Below, in pieces: positions 50,318 to 63,055 of a stretch of DNA of 64,000 nt. The DNA comes from Octopus vulgaris (Eukaryota). The number at the start of each line of letters is the position of its first letter. The first letter of the stretch is position 1. Where the stretch lies: assembly GCA_951406725.2 (NCBI GenBank), contig OX597840.1, forward strand, positions 12,214,001-12,278,000, given 5' to 3'. A program made the position numbers and the translations under genes. The notes under the pieces were generated by a model. It was not told the DNA's origin and ran no database searches. It was given only the letters and a program-made list of their open reading frames with translations.

Positions 50318-51207
50318 TTTTACTCTTTTACTCTTTTGATTGTATCAGTCATTTGACTGTGGCCATGCTGGAGCACCACCTTTAGTTGAGCAAATCGATC
50401 CCAGGACTTATTCTTTGTCGGCCTAGTACTTATTCTATTGGTCTCTTTTGCCGAACCGCTAAGTTACGGGGACGTAAACACACCAGCATCGGTTGTCAAG
50501 CAATGTTGTGGGGGACAATCACAGACACACAAACACACACACACGCATACATATATATGACGGGCTTCTTTCAGTTTCCGTCTACCAAATCCACTCACAA
50601 GGCTTTGGTCGGCCCGAGGCTATAGTAGAAGACACTTGCCCAAGGTGCCATGCAGTGGAACTGAACCCGGAACCATGTGGTTGGTAAGCAAGCTACTTAC
50701 TACACAGCCACCCCTATGCCTAATGGCTCAGTTTTTTTCCAGTTTTATCTTTTTAGTGAGATGTAGTTCAGTGTTTTAACTCTGCACTTGTATCTTCATT
50801 ATGTATTTAGGCAGTGTGTTATATAATCACCATGCATGCGTGGGTCGTTGCTAGTGCCGCCTGACTGGCTTCCCGTGCTGGTGTCATGTAAAAAGCACCA
50901 TCTGAACAAGGTCAATGACAGCCTCCCCACCCCGACTGGCTCCTATGCCTGTAGCACATAAAAAGCACCATCCGAACCTGGCCGATGCCAGTGCCGCCTG
51001 ACTGGCTCCTGTGCCGGTGGCATGTAAGAAGCGCCTGCTACACTCTTGGAGTGGTTAGCATTAGGAAAGGCATCCAGCTGTAGAAACACTGCCAGATCAG
51101 ATTGGAGCCTGGTGCGGCCTCTTGGCTTGGCTGTCTCCAGTCAAACTGTCTAACTCATGCCAGCATGGAAAACTGACGTTAAATGATGATGATGATGATG
51201 ATGATGT
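50318..51207. mobile_element. Family-A SINE (50318-50720 -) and RTE-type 3' end with (GAT)n tail (50830-51207 +)
   Basis: Consensus matches. Confidence 0.82.
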
Positions 51208-51997
51208 TGTTGAAATTCCAATGAAGGAGCTTTGGATCTAGGTTAGAAACCAGCTCTTTCTCTGTTGGCAAGAAATCTTGCAATAGTGACACACACACAC
51301 ACACACACACACATACACACTTTTGTATGTCTATAATCATCATTTTTATATCTGCTTTCCATGCTGACATGGGGTAGATTGGATTGGTCATCTCAATTGG
51401 ACTCAACTTTTGGTTGGCACTAGTGTTCTTGTACATGTCATTTTGGCATAGTTTCTGTGGCTATGTGCCTCTCCTATCACCAACTACTTTACAGTGTGTA
51501 TTGGTTGTATTTTCTCATGGCACCAGCACTAGAAAGGTTGATAAATCCTCAGCAAAGCAGAACTGAAGATACAACTTTATATTTTCTCTCTTGATTTGCC
51601 AGTATATGCTGGCTGTATTTTTCCTCTCACCAATACTAGAGAGGTTGATAAATTGTTAGTAAGACATGACTAAAGGATCCTCACAACCCTGTACTTCCTG
51701 CACCCATTTGCCAGTATATTCTGGGTGTATTTTCGATGGCACCAGCATTAAAGAGGTTTCCAAGTCCTTATGACATGACTAAGTGATTTTTCAATCATAC
51801 TTTATATCTACTCACTTACCAGTTACTCTAATGTGTGCACAGGAAGGAGGTTTTCCATCTTGGTACCTGCATAGGAGGGGGTGCCTTGTCCACATTAAAT
51901 GTAAAAAGTAGACAGTAATGTGTACTTTTGCTCAGATAATGTGATCGAGAAGTGAAACAGTGAAAGGCTAGAATGTGTGGCTGTATTTAGTGTATTT

Positions 51998-52062
<65 letters not shown>

Positions 52063-52454
52063 GGTGAGGAGAGAAAAGGTGAGTGATGGACTGTTGCAGA
52101 GATGGACAAAGACAAGAATAGATGATGACACAAAAACAAAAGTAGATGAAAGATAAGAAAAGTGATCCCGAGGGAGAGGGAGTGATGGGTGGCAGTGCAC
52201 AAAGCTTGACTTATAGTGAATTGGGTACAGACAATTCAGTGAAGTCTCTTCTGGTGATGGGAAAATGTGGTACAGTGATGAGGTTGGTCCGATAGAATCT
52301 TTTATATACATATATCGTTAGTGAAGGACGAGGGAGGCAGAGTGACGAGGGTGATGGTAGAGGAGGGGATCATTTGTTGTTTGTGAGCATCCTGGATGGT
52401 GGCGAGATGAGAGAGAAAGAGAGAGAAGAGGAGTGACTAGGAAGACTAATGAAG

Positions 52455-52570
52455 GAGGAAAAAAATATGTTAGCAAAAATGAAGGAGGGAAAAATATTTT
52501 AGCAAAAATGGAGGGAAAAAATATTTTAGCAAAAATGAAGGAGGGAAAAAATATGTTAGCAAAAATGTTA
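52455..52570. repeat. Minisatellite of about 29 bp, about 4 units
   Basis: AAAAATGAAGGAGGGAAAAATAT(G/T)TTAGC units. Confidence 0.8.
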
Positions 52571-53175
52571 AATGAAACAAGAGAATGAACATATAAGCAA
52601 ACACACACTAGTGGAAAATATAAACTTTGAATATAATCATGTGAAAATCAAAAAAGCAAGGTTTTAGGAAAGAAGTCCTATAAAATATTTATTCTTCACT
52701 GAGTTACAGATACTCCCTTGTCGTTGTTGCCATAAGAAATGCACTGAACCAGTGATTAGCCCTATTAGACATCTCTAATTATCAAAGGCATTATGGGCTT
52801 CAAATGCTCCTTAAACTCTTCCATGTTTGAAGAGCTATAATTAGTGAAATTTCATTTAGATTATCCTGCAAAATGAAATTTAATTAGTTTAAATATGTCC
52901 AAATACATATAAATATTGCTTGATGCCATTAGACATTCTAAAATACTGTTAAAGCATTTACAAATTGAAAATATAGAAGTCCAGACATTACTTATGGGAT
53001 GACCTGATAATTATAATGTTGTTCACTAATTACAATAATTAAATAAGACAGAAATCAAACTCTAATTAATAATTTCATTGATATTTTTTCTTCTTCAGCT
53101 ATTAATGACAACAAAGAAATAGACAATAATTAACAAATGATTTACTAAAATCTGAATTGTAATTATAATTTCTAG

Positions 53176-53286
53176 AGGAACTTACAACAGAATCCGGTTT
53201 CCAAACCAGAAATACCTTTAGAAGATGAAGATAGAGAGAAAATCGAACGTCTGTCTCCACACCATCGACATTACCTCAGCTTTGAA
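53176..53286 (+). CDS. DNAJC28: DNAJC28 third coding exon (gene continues beyond the window)
   Basis: Acceptor ttctag|; RNLQQNPVSKPEIPLEDEDREKIERLSPHHRHYLSFE, where PxHRHYLSFE is the post-J-domain DNAJC28 motif; donor |gtaagt. Not in the ORF track. Confidence 0.9.
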
Positions 53287-53444
53287 GTAAGTTTTGTTTT
53301 GGGAGTGATTCCTTTCGTTACTTTTCCACTGCAGAGAATCTGAATCTTTTTGATTTTTATAACACACTGTATATCCAAAAAAAAAAAAAAAAAGCTTCTG
53401 ATGTTCTTTACATAGGAGGTTAATAACACTGTAACAAAATTTTA

Positions 53445-54555
53445 GGATCTTTTCCTTTTGATGGACGGAATTTTCTAGTTAACTAAACAATTTGAAACTT
53501 CGTATACTGGTAGAATGTGTCAAAAGAAAACATTATTGTAAACAAAATTGAAAACAAAATTGTAATTTGTAAGTTTAATGTAGTTTAATTCTTCGAATTT
53601 TAACCAATGAAATCCCAGCATTTGAGCTCAAATCATTTGCTGCATCTAAAAACTCACACACACACGTCTTATTCATCCTTCTCTCTTCTGTCTTCTGTCT
53701 TCTGCATGTGCTAGAAATAACAGCTATATCTCTTAAATCAATGAATTTCGTCGCCCAATAAAAATATTAATGATATTTTTTGAATATTTTCTTTATTTTT
53801 TTTTACCGAAAAGGCTTCTCCCATGGTTTTGAAGGGCCAGAAACAACAAAAACAAAACAATAATATGCCTAAATCGGTCTAGAGGGTGCACGTGGAGTGT
53901 GGGTCGTATTGTAAAAATTTGCGAAATATTTTTTCATAAAAGGATGCCCCAGCTTGTCGGAGGCTGTGATATAAATTGGGAAAAAAATCCTCGACACCAG
54001 TGCATAATTGGTACTTAATTTATCGACCCCGAAATGATGAAACATTGATCCTCCCCCCTTCTGGTTTATTTACCTTTTGTGTAAATTTGTTGTGGCAAGG
54101 GGCAAAACACAGAGGGGACAAAGCTGCATATGTGTGTATATGTATATCTCCGTTTGTATGTGTGTGTGCGCTTATATATTAATTACTATGTGCTTGTGCA
54201 AATGTATATGCATGTGTTTGAGAGAGAGAGAGAGAGAGATAGTGACAGAGAGTGTGTGTGTGTGCAAGTGTACGTGTGTATGTATCTGAATATATGTGTG
54301 TGTGTGTGTGTGTATGCGGCGTGCGTCTGCTATGTTACTTTATCAATATCAATAACGCAGCAAATGATTTGAGCTCAAATGCTGGGATTTCATTGGTTAA
54401 AATTCGAAGAATTAAACTACGTTAAACTTACAAATTACAATTTTGTTTTCAATTTTGTTTACAATAATGTTTTCTTTTGACACATTCTACCAGTATACGA
54501 AGTTTCAAATTGTTTAGTTAACTAGAAAATTCCGTCCATCAAAAGGAAAAGATCC
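53445..54555. mobile_element. Merlin-type non-autonomous element with TIRs of about 200 bp
   Basis: AAATTTTA|GGATC...GATCC|AAATTTTA (8-bp TSD); TIRs 53445-53643 and about 54357-54555 are nearly identical. Confidence 0.92.
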
Positions 54556-54597
54556 AAATTTTATTATTGTTTTTTTTTGTCTTTGGTCAGTAACTCC

Positions 54598-54830
54598 CTT
54601 TACTCTCTTTACTCTTTTACTTGTTTCAGTCATTTGACTGTGGCCATGCTGGAGCACTGCCTTTAGTCCAGCAACTCAACCCCAGGACTTATTCTTTGTA
54701 AGCTTAGTACTTATTGTATCAGACTCTATTGCCGAACTGCTAAGTTACATGGATGTAACACACCAGCATCAGTTGTCAAGCAATGTTGGGTGGGGGACAA
54801 ACACAGACACACAAACGTATACACACACAC

Positions 54831-54884
<54 letters not shown>

Positions 54885-55568
54885 ATATATATAAAACTGT
54901 AGTTGTGTGAGTGTCTGTCCCCTTCGATTTAGATTCCTAACTACTCCCACATTTTGCGGTGCAGTTTAACCAAATTCGGGTATCTTATAGTCGTGATTCA
55001 TATCGAGCCCGTCTGGCTATTAGCGCGCGTCTACGATGAGTCTACGATTTTAAAAATAATTTAACATCATTTTTTATTCCATTTTAATGCATATTTTTTC
55101 GTGTGTCGACGGTGACGGAGTTGGCGTCCACGCTCAAACCTGTGTTGCTTCTCCCCCTTCTTCCCTCCCTCATGAAGCTGTGGGGAAGGGAGTGTAAGGA
55201 AATCAACGTCGTAAAGCATTGTCAAGGAGACCAGCGTTCTTTTAGAACAACGACTTCATGGCTTGAAGACACCAAAACAGAAATGGCTAAGAAAGCCCGA
55301 ATTGGCATCTATAAGGGAAGTAACTCTCTAAAAATGCTTATATAGTTATTTCCCTTACAAACCCGAGCAACGCCGGGTGATACTGCTAGTATATATATAT
55401 ATATACGACGGGCTTCTTTCAGTTTCCGTCTACCAAATCCACTCTCAAGGCTTTGGTTGGCTCGAGGCTAAAGTAGAAGACACTTGCCCAAGGTGCCACG
55501 CAGCGGGACTGAACCCGGAACCATGTGGTTCATAAGCAAGCTACTTACCACACACCCACTCCTACGCC
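54598..55568 (-). mobile_element. Family-A SINE split by a Helitron
   Basis: Tail at 54598-54881, head at 55390-55568. Confidence 0.85.
54882..55389 (+). mobile_element. Non-autonomous Helitron with an extra internal segment
   Basis: A|TCTATATATATAAAA...CCCGAGCAACGCCGGG...CTAG|T; about 55100-55308 is absent from the other two copies. Confidence 0.9.
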
Positions 55569-56019
55569 TAGTGTTATTTCCTATTTGTTTTTGTCTAAAA
55601 ATCAAAGGAAATCACTACTATTCCCTTCAAACTTTGCTTTTGTCACTTGGACATCAATGTTTTCAAACTGACCTATTTTCCATTACATTTCAGACAGATT
55701 CAGTGCCAAGTTACTGAAGCAGAAATATCGTTATGGCAAATATTCTGCTCAATATCACAGATTTGCTTGTCAGTTGTTTGACCTTAACCACTTGAGCATG
55801 TCCCTTATTGGCAGACAATATATGCATCTCTGATGACGAACAGCAGTATTGGGGGAGCATCATAACCATGTGTTTAGAAGGATTCTTTGGGGTTTGAATA
55901 AATATAAGAAAAGCAAAGTTTGAAGGCAATATTAGCCATTTTTCATACTTTCTAAGGGTAAGCAAATAGGAAATAACAGTTGCCACTCAAGGACAAAATT
56001 CGTGTTACACAGTGTAATT

Positions 56020-56640
56020 TCTGGTACACTTTATATGGAAAATTAATATTTTCTGGCACATTTTCCATGTAAAGTTTTAAATTATTGGTGCACTTTACAT
56101 GAAAAGTTAAAATATTACAGGTACACCTCCAGTAGAAAATGAAAAGTTACTGGCATACATTGTATGGAAAAATAATAATTATTGGCACACATTCCATGGA
56201 TAGTTAAAAATTACTCACATGCTTTGCATGGAAAGTTAAAAGTTATCGGTGCACTTTTCATGAAATGTTAAAAATTATTGGCAAACTTTCTATGAAAATT
56301 AGAGATTATGATACATTTCATATTGAGAATAAAAAATTATTGGTGCACTTTGTATGGAAAGTGAATAACTTCTGGCACACGTTACATGAAAATTTAAAAA
56401 ATTATTGGGGCACTTTGCATAAAAAGTTAAAACATACTAGTACACTTTATATATAAAGTTAAAAATCACAGGTGCATTTAGCACACTTTTCATGGACATT
56501 TACAAATCACACAATTATATGGAAAATGAAGAATCATTGGTGCACAAATTGCATGGAAAGTTATTGGTGTACTTTACATAGTAAATTTCAATGCTTTTTG
56601 CATTGAAAATTAAAATTAAATAAACTTTTAAAGTTAAAAT
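56020..56640. repeat. Degenerate AT-rich minisatellite, unit about 32 bp
   Basis: Recurring ATTATTGG(T/C)(G/A)CACTTT(G/A)CATG(G/A)AAAGTTAAAA. Confidence 0.8.
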
Positions 56641-57949
56641 TTTTAAAAATAATTCTAGGTGTAGCTGTGTGGTAAGGCGGCGAGCTGGCAGAAACGTTAG
56701 CACGCCGGGTGAAATGCTTTGTGGTATTTTGTCTGCTGTTACATTCTGAGTTCAAATTCCACCGAGGTTAACTTTGCCTTTCATCCTTTTGGGGTCGATA
56801 AATTAAATACCAGTTACGCACTGGGGTCAATGTAATTGACTTAATCCCTTTGTCTGTCTTTAATTGTCCCTCTATGTTTAGCCCCTTGTGGGCAATAAAG
56901 AAATATGAAGCTTGCTTCCCAACCACATGGTTCTGGGTTCAGTCCCACTGCATGGCACCTTGGGCAAGTGTCTTCTACTATAGCCTTGGGCCAGCCAAAG
57001 CCTTGTGAGTGGATTTATTAGATGAAAACTGAAAGAAGCCTGTTGTATATATATATATATATCTGTCTGTCTCTCTGTCTATCTGTCTCTCTGTATATAC
57101 CTATGTGAGCCTGTCTTTGTGTTTGTGTTTGTTCCCCATCACCACTTGACAACTGGTGTTGCTGTGGTTACATCTCTGTAACTTAGTGGTTTGGCAAAAG
57201 AGACTGATAAAAAAAAGTACCAGGTTTAAAAAATAAGACCTGGAGTTGATTTCTTTGACTAAAACACTTCGAGGTGATGCTCCAGCATGACCGAAGCAAG
57301 TAAAAGAATAGGCACAAAGCAGGATATTTCGAGGGAAGGGGCTCCAGTCAATAGTAGAAGACACTTGCCCAAGGTGCCATGCAGTGGGATCCCCAGTACT
57401 CAATTTGTACTTATTTTATTGACTCTAAAAGGATGAAAGGCATAGTCAACCTTGGTGGAATTAGAACTCAGAACTTAAAAACAGATTTTACACCACTATT
57501 GCCCAGTGTGTTAACAATTTTTTGTAAAAAAAAGAAAAATTAAAAAAAGAAATTAAAAAAAGAATAAAAAAATAAAAAAAATATTGTTTACTTTGTTTTA
57601 TTAATTATACATGTACAGTATAAATACATGCTCTCTCTTTCTCTCTCTCTTTCTCTCTCTTTCTCTCTCTTTCTCTTTCTCTCTCTCTCTCTCTCTCTCC
57701 TATATACTCTTGCAAATTCTAAACCCCATGTTCCCAGTTTTTCTTGCTCCCATCCATTTTTATTCACCTCTTGTACCTTAAGAATCCACTTCTGTTTTTA
57801 TCTCTCTTCCCACTTTACCCCAATCAACCCCAGCCCCTCTTCTGGAAAGTGAGTAGTTATGTAGCCCCTTTACAGTAGAGAAACCTGTTCTGCTCTGACC
57901 CCTTCCCTCATCTTGCATAAAAGCCACCTCCCTTGGGGTTCATAATCTT

Positions 57950-59345
57950 GCAGGTTGCACGGTATTCTCGCTTGTGCTGGTGGAATTACGAAGGACCCAG
58001 TCCTTTGTGTAAAGTGGTTGGTTTTATGAAGGGCGTTCAGCTGTAGAAACCTTACCAAAATAGACAATGGAGCATGATGCAAGCCCTTGGACATGTTGGG
58101 TCCTGTCAAACCATCCAAGTCATGCCACCATGGAATCATCATCATCATCATCATCATTTAACATCTGTTTTCCATGCAGACATGGGCTGAATGGTTTGAC
58201 AGGAGCTGGTAAGGCCAGGCGTCACACAAAGTTCCGTTGTCTGTTCTGGCATGGCTTCTACAGCTGGATGCCCTTCCTAATGCCAACCACTGTACTGGGT
58301 GCTTTATATGTGGCACTATGGAGCTGGTAGGGCTGGGAGCTGTACCTAGTTCCATTGTCTGTTGTAGAATGGGTTCTATGACTGGACGCCCTTCCTAAGA
58401 CCAACCACTTTACAGAGTGGACTGGGTATCTTTTATGTGGCACCATGGAGCTGGTACTGCCAGAAGCCCTTCCTAATGCCAACCACTTTACAAAATGTAC
58501 TGGGTGCTTTTTATGTGGCATCAGCACCAGTGCTGTTAATGTAGCACCAGCATGAATACTTTTTATATGGTACTAGCATGTGTATGCTTTTCATGTGGCA
58601 CCAACGCAAGAACTTTTAATGTGGCACCAGCATGAGTGCTTTTCATGTGGCACAGCACAAGTGCTTTTCATGTGGCACCAACACAAGTACTTTTAATGTG
58701 GCACCAGCATGAGTGCTTTTCATGTGGCACAGCACAAGTGCTTTTCATGTGGCACCAACACAAGTACTTTTAATGTGGCACCAGCATGAGTGCTTTTCAT
58801 GTGGCACAGCACAAGTGCTTTTCATGTGGCACCAACACAAGTACTTTTAATGTGGCACCAGCATGAGAGCTTTTCATGTGGCACTAGCATGAGTGCTTTT
58901 CATGTGGCACCAGCATGAGTGCTTTTCATGTGGCACAGCACAAGTGCTTTTCATGTGGCACCAACGCAAGTACTTTTAATGTGGCACCAGCATGAGTGAT
59001 TTTCATGTGGTACCAACACAAGTGCTTTTAATGTGGCACCAGCACAAATAGTTTTCATGTGGTACCAGCTGTAGTGGATGGGTCTTCTTGAGTAGAGCAA
59101 GGTGCCTGACATAAGGCCCAGTGTCTTGAGTTTGGTCTTCAATATTTCACCCCATGTGTTCCTGGGTTTCCCTCTTCCACAAGTTTCATCCACATGAAGT
59201 GATCGCCCCTTCTGTATGCAACTGTCTACATCCGTATACATCACATAACCAAACCAATGTAGTCTTCTCTCTTGCACACTGCATTTAATTCTTATACCTA
59301 ACTTTTCTCTCAATATACTAGCATTGATTTTCCACATCCAGTAGA
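57950..59345 (-). mobile_element. RTE LINE 3' portion: ORF C-terminus (59070-59345), minisatellite-expanded 3'UTR and (GAT)n tail
   Basis: LREKLGIRIKCSVQERRLHWFGYVM...SCIQK...CGRGKPRNTWGE; (CAT)n at 58135-58157 on +. Confidence 0.8.
58520..59070. repeat. 26-bp minisatellite with a 77-bp higher-order period
   Basis: ACACAAGTACTTTTAATGTGGCACCA recurs at 58681, 58758 and 58835, made of 26+25+26-nt subunits. Confidence 0.9.
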
Positions 59346-60327
59346 GCTTTTGTATACATCTATGTGTGTGTGTGTCTTTCTGTCTGTGTTTGTCCCCCAC
59401 CACCCATTTACAACCAGTGTTGGTGTGTTTACATCCCCGTGACTTAGTGGTTCAGCAAAAGCGACCGATAGAATAAGTACCAGGCTTAAAAACAACCCCA
59501 CCCCAAAAAAAAAACAGGTACTGAGGTTGATTCATTCAACTAAAAATTCTTCAAGGCGGCACCCCAGCATGGCTGGAGTCCAATGACTAGAACAAGTACA
59601 AGATCAAAAAAAAAATAGATAAAAAATAGTCTTTGGTAGCTTTTAACAAAATTAAAACCCATGTCAATGAACTGTTAATTCTCAATATTCAATAATTCCA
59701 TTTTATTGATTTATTCCTATGCAACAACATATTTTATTAAAATTACTTCATACACAATAATGGTACCCCCCCACAAAAAAAAGCAAAAAACCTGAAAGGA
59801 TCATGCTTCAAGTTATGCAGGCATGTATACACCACCTCCGTATTTTTATTACATGAAATAACATTTTCTGGTGTAAAACACATGTTTTGGAAGCTTATCA
59901 AGGGAAATTGAATTACATATCAACAATAAACATTCAAATCTCTGCAGTGGTCTGCTCTATTTTCGTATGGTGCAACGAAAATTGTTTCAAAATTTGGTAT
60001 GTACCCAGCAATTTTAAGAGCAGGGTGTAAGTTGGTTACATCAATTCCAATGTTCAGTTGGTGCTTATTTTATTAACCCTGAAAGGATGAAAGGCAAAGT
60101 TAACCCTAGTGGCCATTTGAACTCAGAGCGTAGAGAACCAAAAGAAATGCTACTGAACATTTTGTCTGACACGCTAATGACTCAGCCAGTTCACCTCCTA
60201 AGTAAGTAATTAAGTAATAATAATAATAATAATAATAATGATAATAATAATAATAATGATAATAATAATGATAATAATAATGATAATAATAATGATAATA
60301 ATAATGATAATAATGATAATGATGATG

Positions 60328-60366
<39 letters not shown>

Positions 60367-60367
<1 letters not shown>

Positions 60368-60828
60368 GAAAAGGCCACAGAAAACGAGAAAGCAACCATA
60401 CTCTGGGATATTGCAATACACACAGATAGAGAAATTAAGGCCAAAAGTCCAGATATAGTTGTCAGAGATCAGAAAGAAAAAAAAAATGCTTTCTAATTGA
60501 TGTATCAATACCAGCAGATGAAAACGTTTCTCTAAAAGAAATGGAGAAAATTTCAAAATACAGAGACCTGGAAATAGAGGTAACTTGAAAGTGGAGTCTA
60601 AAAACAGAAACAATTCCTATTCAGACAAATACATAACAAAAACACCAGGACTTACAAATATATATAACATATAGAAAATTGCACTACTGGGCACTGCACA
60701 CATCCTATGTAAAACACTTTCAGTACAGTAACCACAAGAACATCACTGCAAACCACAGCATATACCCAAGGCACACAGAGCTGCACTCTGTAGTGAAATG
60801 AAAGCATGCTATAAAAATAAAACTACTG
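60367..60828 (+). mobile_element. 5'-truncated R4/Dong LINE inside a (TAA)n array
   Basis: ENEKATILWDIAIHTDREIKAKSPDIVVRD...CFLIDVSIPADENVSLKEMEKISKYRDLEIEV...KIALLGTAHIL; (TAA/TGA)n at 60213-60363 and 60829-60887. Confidence 0.9.
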
Positions 60829-61317
60829 AATAATAATAATAATAATAATAATAATTAATAATAATTATAATGATAATGATAATAATAGTCTTTCAAAAAC
60901 ATCCTGAATTTGAACACTATATCTTGTGTTTAAGAAAAAAACAAAACATTTTACATTTTATTTTTTATGAACGTTGTCACTTACTCTCTCTCTCCCTCTC
61001 TCACTTTGTCTTTCCCGTGGAACTCTCTACCTCCTTCTTCCACTTTTCTTTATCTTATTTTTTTTTTGTTAGACGCTGTCAAAAAGCCATGGCTCATATT
61101 TTTTATGGCTAAAAGCTATGGCTGAAAATAGAATTTTACCGCTATCCGCGGGTGCCTCGGGAAAAAAATAAGTTGACAAAACCCTGATAGGGTGTTGACG
61201 AATGTCCTCCTAAAATTGGAACGACATGCATGCTAATTTGTGGATGTGCATAAATTACAATTATGTACACACACACACACACACACACGCGCACACACAT
61301 CATGCCTTTTATAGATA

Positions 61318-61363
<46 letters not shown>

Positions 61364-61924
61364 TGTCATTTAACATCTGTTTTTCAATGCAGTCATTCCA
61401 GATGTGACCATCCTGCCCTGTGTTCATTGTCATTGTTTAATGTCTGTTTCCCATATATATGAATTGTGTATCAGTTATGTAAAGAAAAAAAAAAAGACCC
61501 ACAGCTGTTAAATCAAGTGTGATTTTTTTTTGTACCATGCACCATGCTTTCACCATCCTGTCTCATCCAGTCATAGTATACCAAGGATTACATTTTCTAA
61601 TGTATTCTTTGTTATTGTTCTGGCTTTAGTTCTTCAGGTCCTCTCTGATTGCATTGGTTTTTATGATTAAAGGTTTTTCCACTAGTGACCATCCCATCTT
61701 TTATCAGACATAGTTTGCCAAGGAATACACTATTCAATGTGACATCTGTTTTTATTGTTGTTCTTGCTCTAGTTGTATAGTCTGAAGTCAGATTTGATTG
61801 AGTGTACTTATAATTAAAGACATTCCAGCTGTGACCATCCAGTCTTTTACTGAGATTAGTGTATGTAGGACCACATTATCTAATATGACCGTTGTTGTTG
61901 TTGTTGTCCCTGCTGCTCTGCTTA

Positions 61925-62330
61925 CTCTCTTTTTTACAATTTTACTTGCTTCAGTCATTTGACTGTGGCCATGCTGGAGCACCACCTTTAGTCGAGCAAA
62001 TCGACCCCAGGACTTATTCTTTGTAAGCCTAGTACTTATTCTATCAGTCTCTTTTGCCAAACTGCTAAGCTATGGGGACGTAAACACACCAGCACTGGTT
62101 GTTAAGCGATGTTGTGGGGGACAAACACAGACACACAAACACACACGCACATATATATACATCTACATATATACAACGAGCTTCTTTCAGTTTCCGTCTA
62201 CCAAATCCATTCACAAGGCTTTGGTCGGCCCGAGGCTATAGTAGAAGACACTTGCCCAAGGTGCCACACAGTGGGACTGAACCCAGAACCATGTGGCTGG
62301 TAAGCAAGCTACATACCACACACCTACTCT
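61925..62330 (-). mobile_element. Family-A SINE
   Basis: Consensus match; further copies at 56905-57310 (+), 59365-59600 (+) and 63615-64000 (-). Confidence 0.88.
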
Positions 62331-62819
62331 TCCCTTTCTTTTTTTAAAGCCCTGTATTTATACTATTGGTCTCTTCTGCTGAACTGACTGCTATGCTAGG
62401 AGAGCATAAACATACCGACACCGGCTGTCAAGAGGTGACAGCGGCGGTGGTAGTAGGGGAAGCACAGACACAGCCAGACATACAAGCATATATAATATTA
62501 CAAGCAAAGATATACGTCTGCACGTGGATGACTTTACAGTTCAGTTAATTAAGACATCTCTCTCTGTATCTCTCTCTCTCTCTCTCTCCCTCTTTGTGTT
62601 ATTGAATGCAGAAGACTGTCACGAGATGTGTATATAATAGGAAGTGACGTGTGTTCAATTTCAATCAATGTTTCAGTACCTAGTGTAGAACGGTCTGTTA
62701 ACTCTGGGAAATAAATAACAACATCGATAAAGGGAAACAATGGAATGTCTCATTGATCGTGGAGAAGAAAGGACACAATAAATAATAAACGATAAATATA
62801 TAAACTAAAGGTGAATTAG

Positions 62820-62852
<33 letters not shown>

Positions 62853-62898
62853 GTATATATGTATGTATGTATGTATGTATCTATCTATCTATCTATAC

Positions 62899-62943
<45 letters not shown>

Positions 62944-63055
62944 TTTTCACACATACATATATATTTGTATATTCATATCTATCTATCTATCTATCTCTCT
63001 ATCTATCTATGTAGTCGAACTAAGTGACCCCAGGACTTATTCTTTGTAAGCCTAG

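Noticed and set aside
58520-59070. CRISPR-like regular array
   Set aside because: No unique spacers, no cas genes, and a eukaryotic context; it is a minisatellite.
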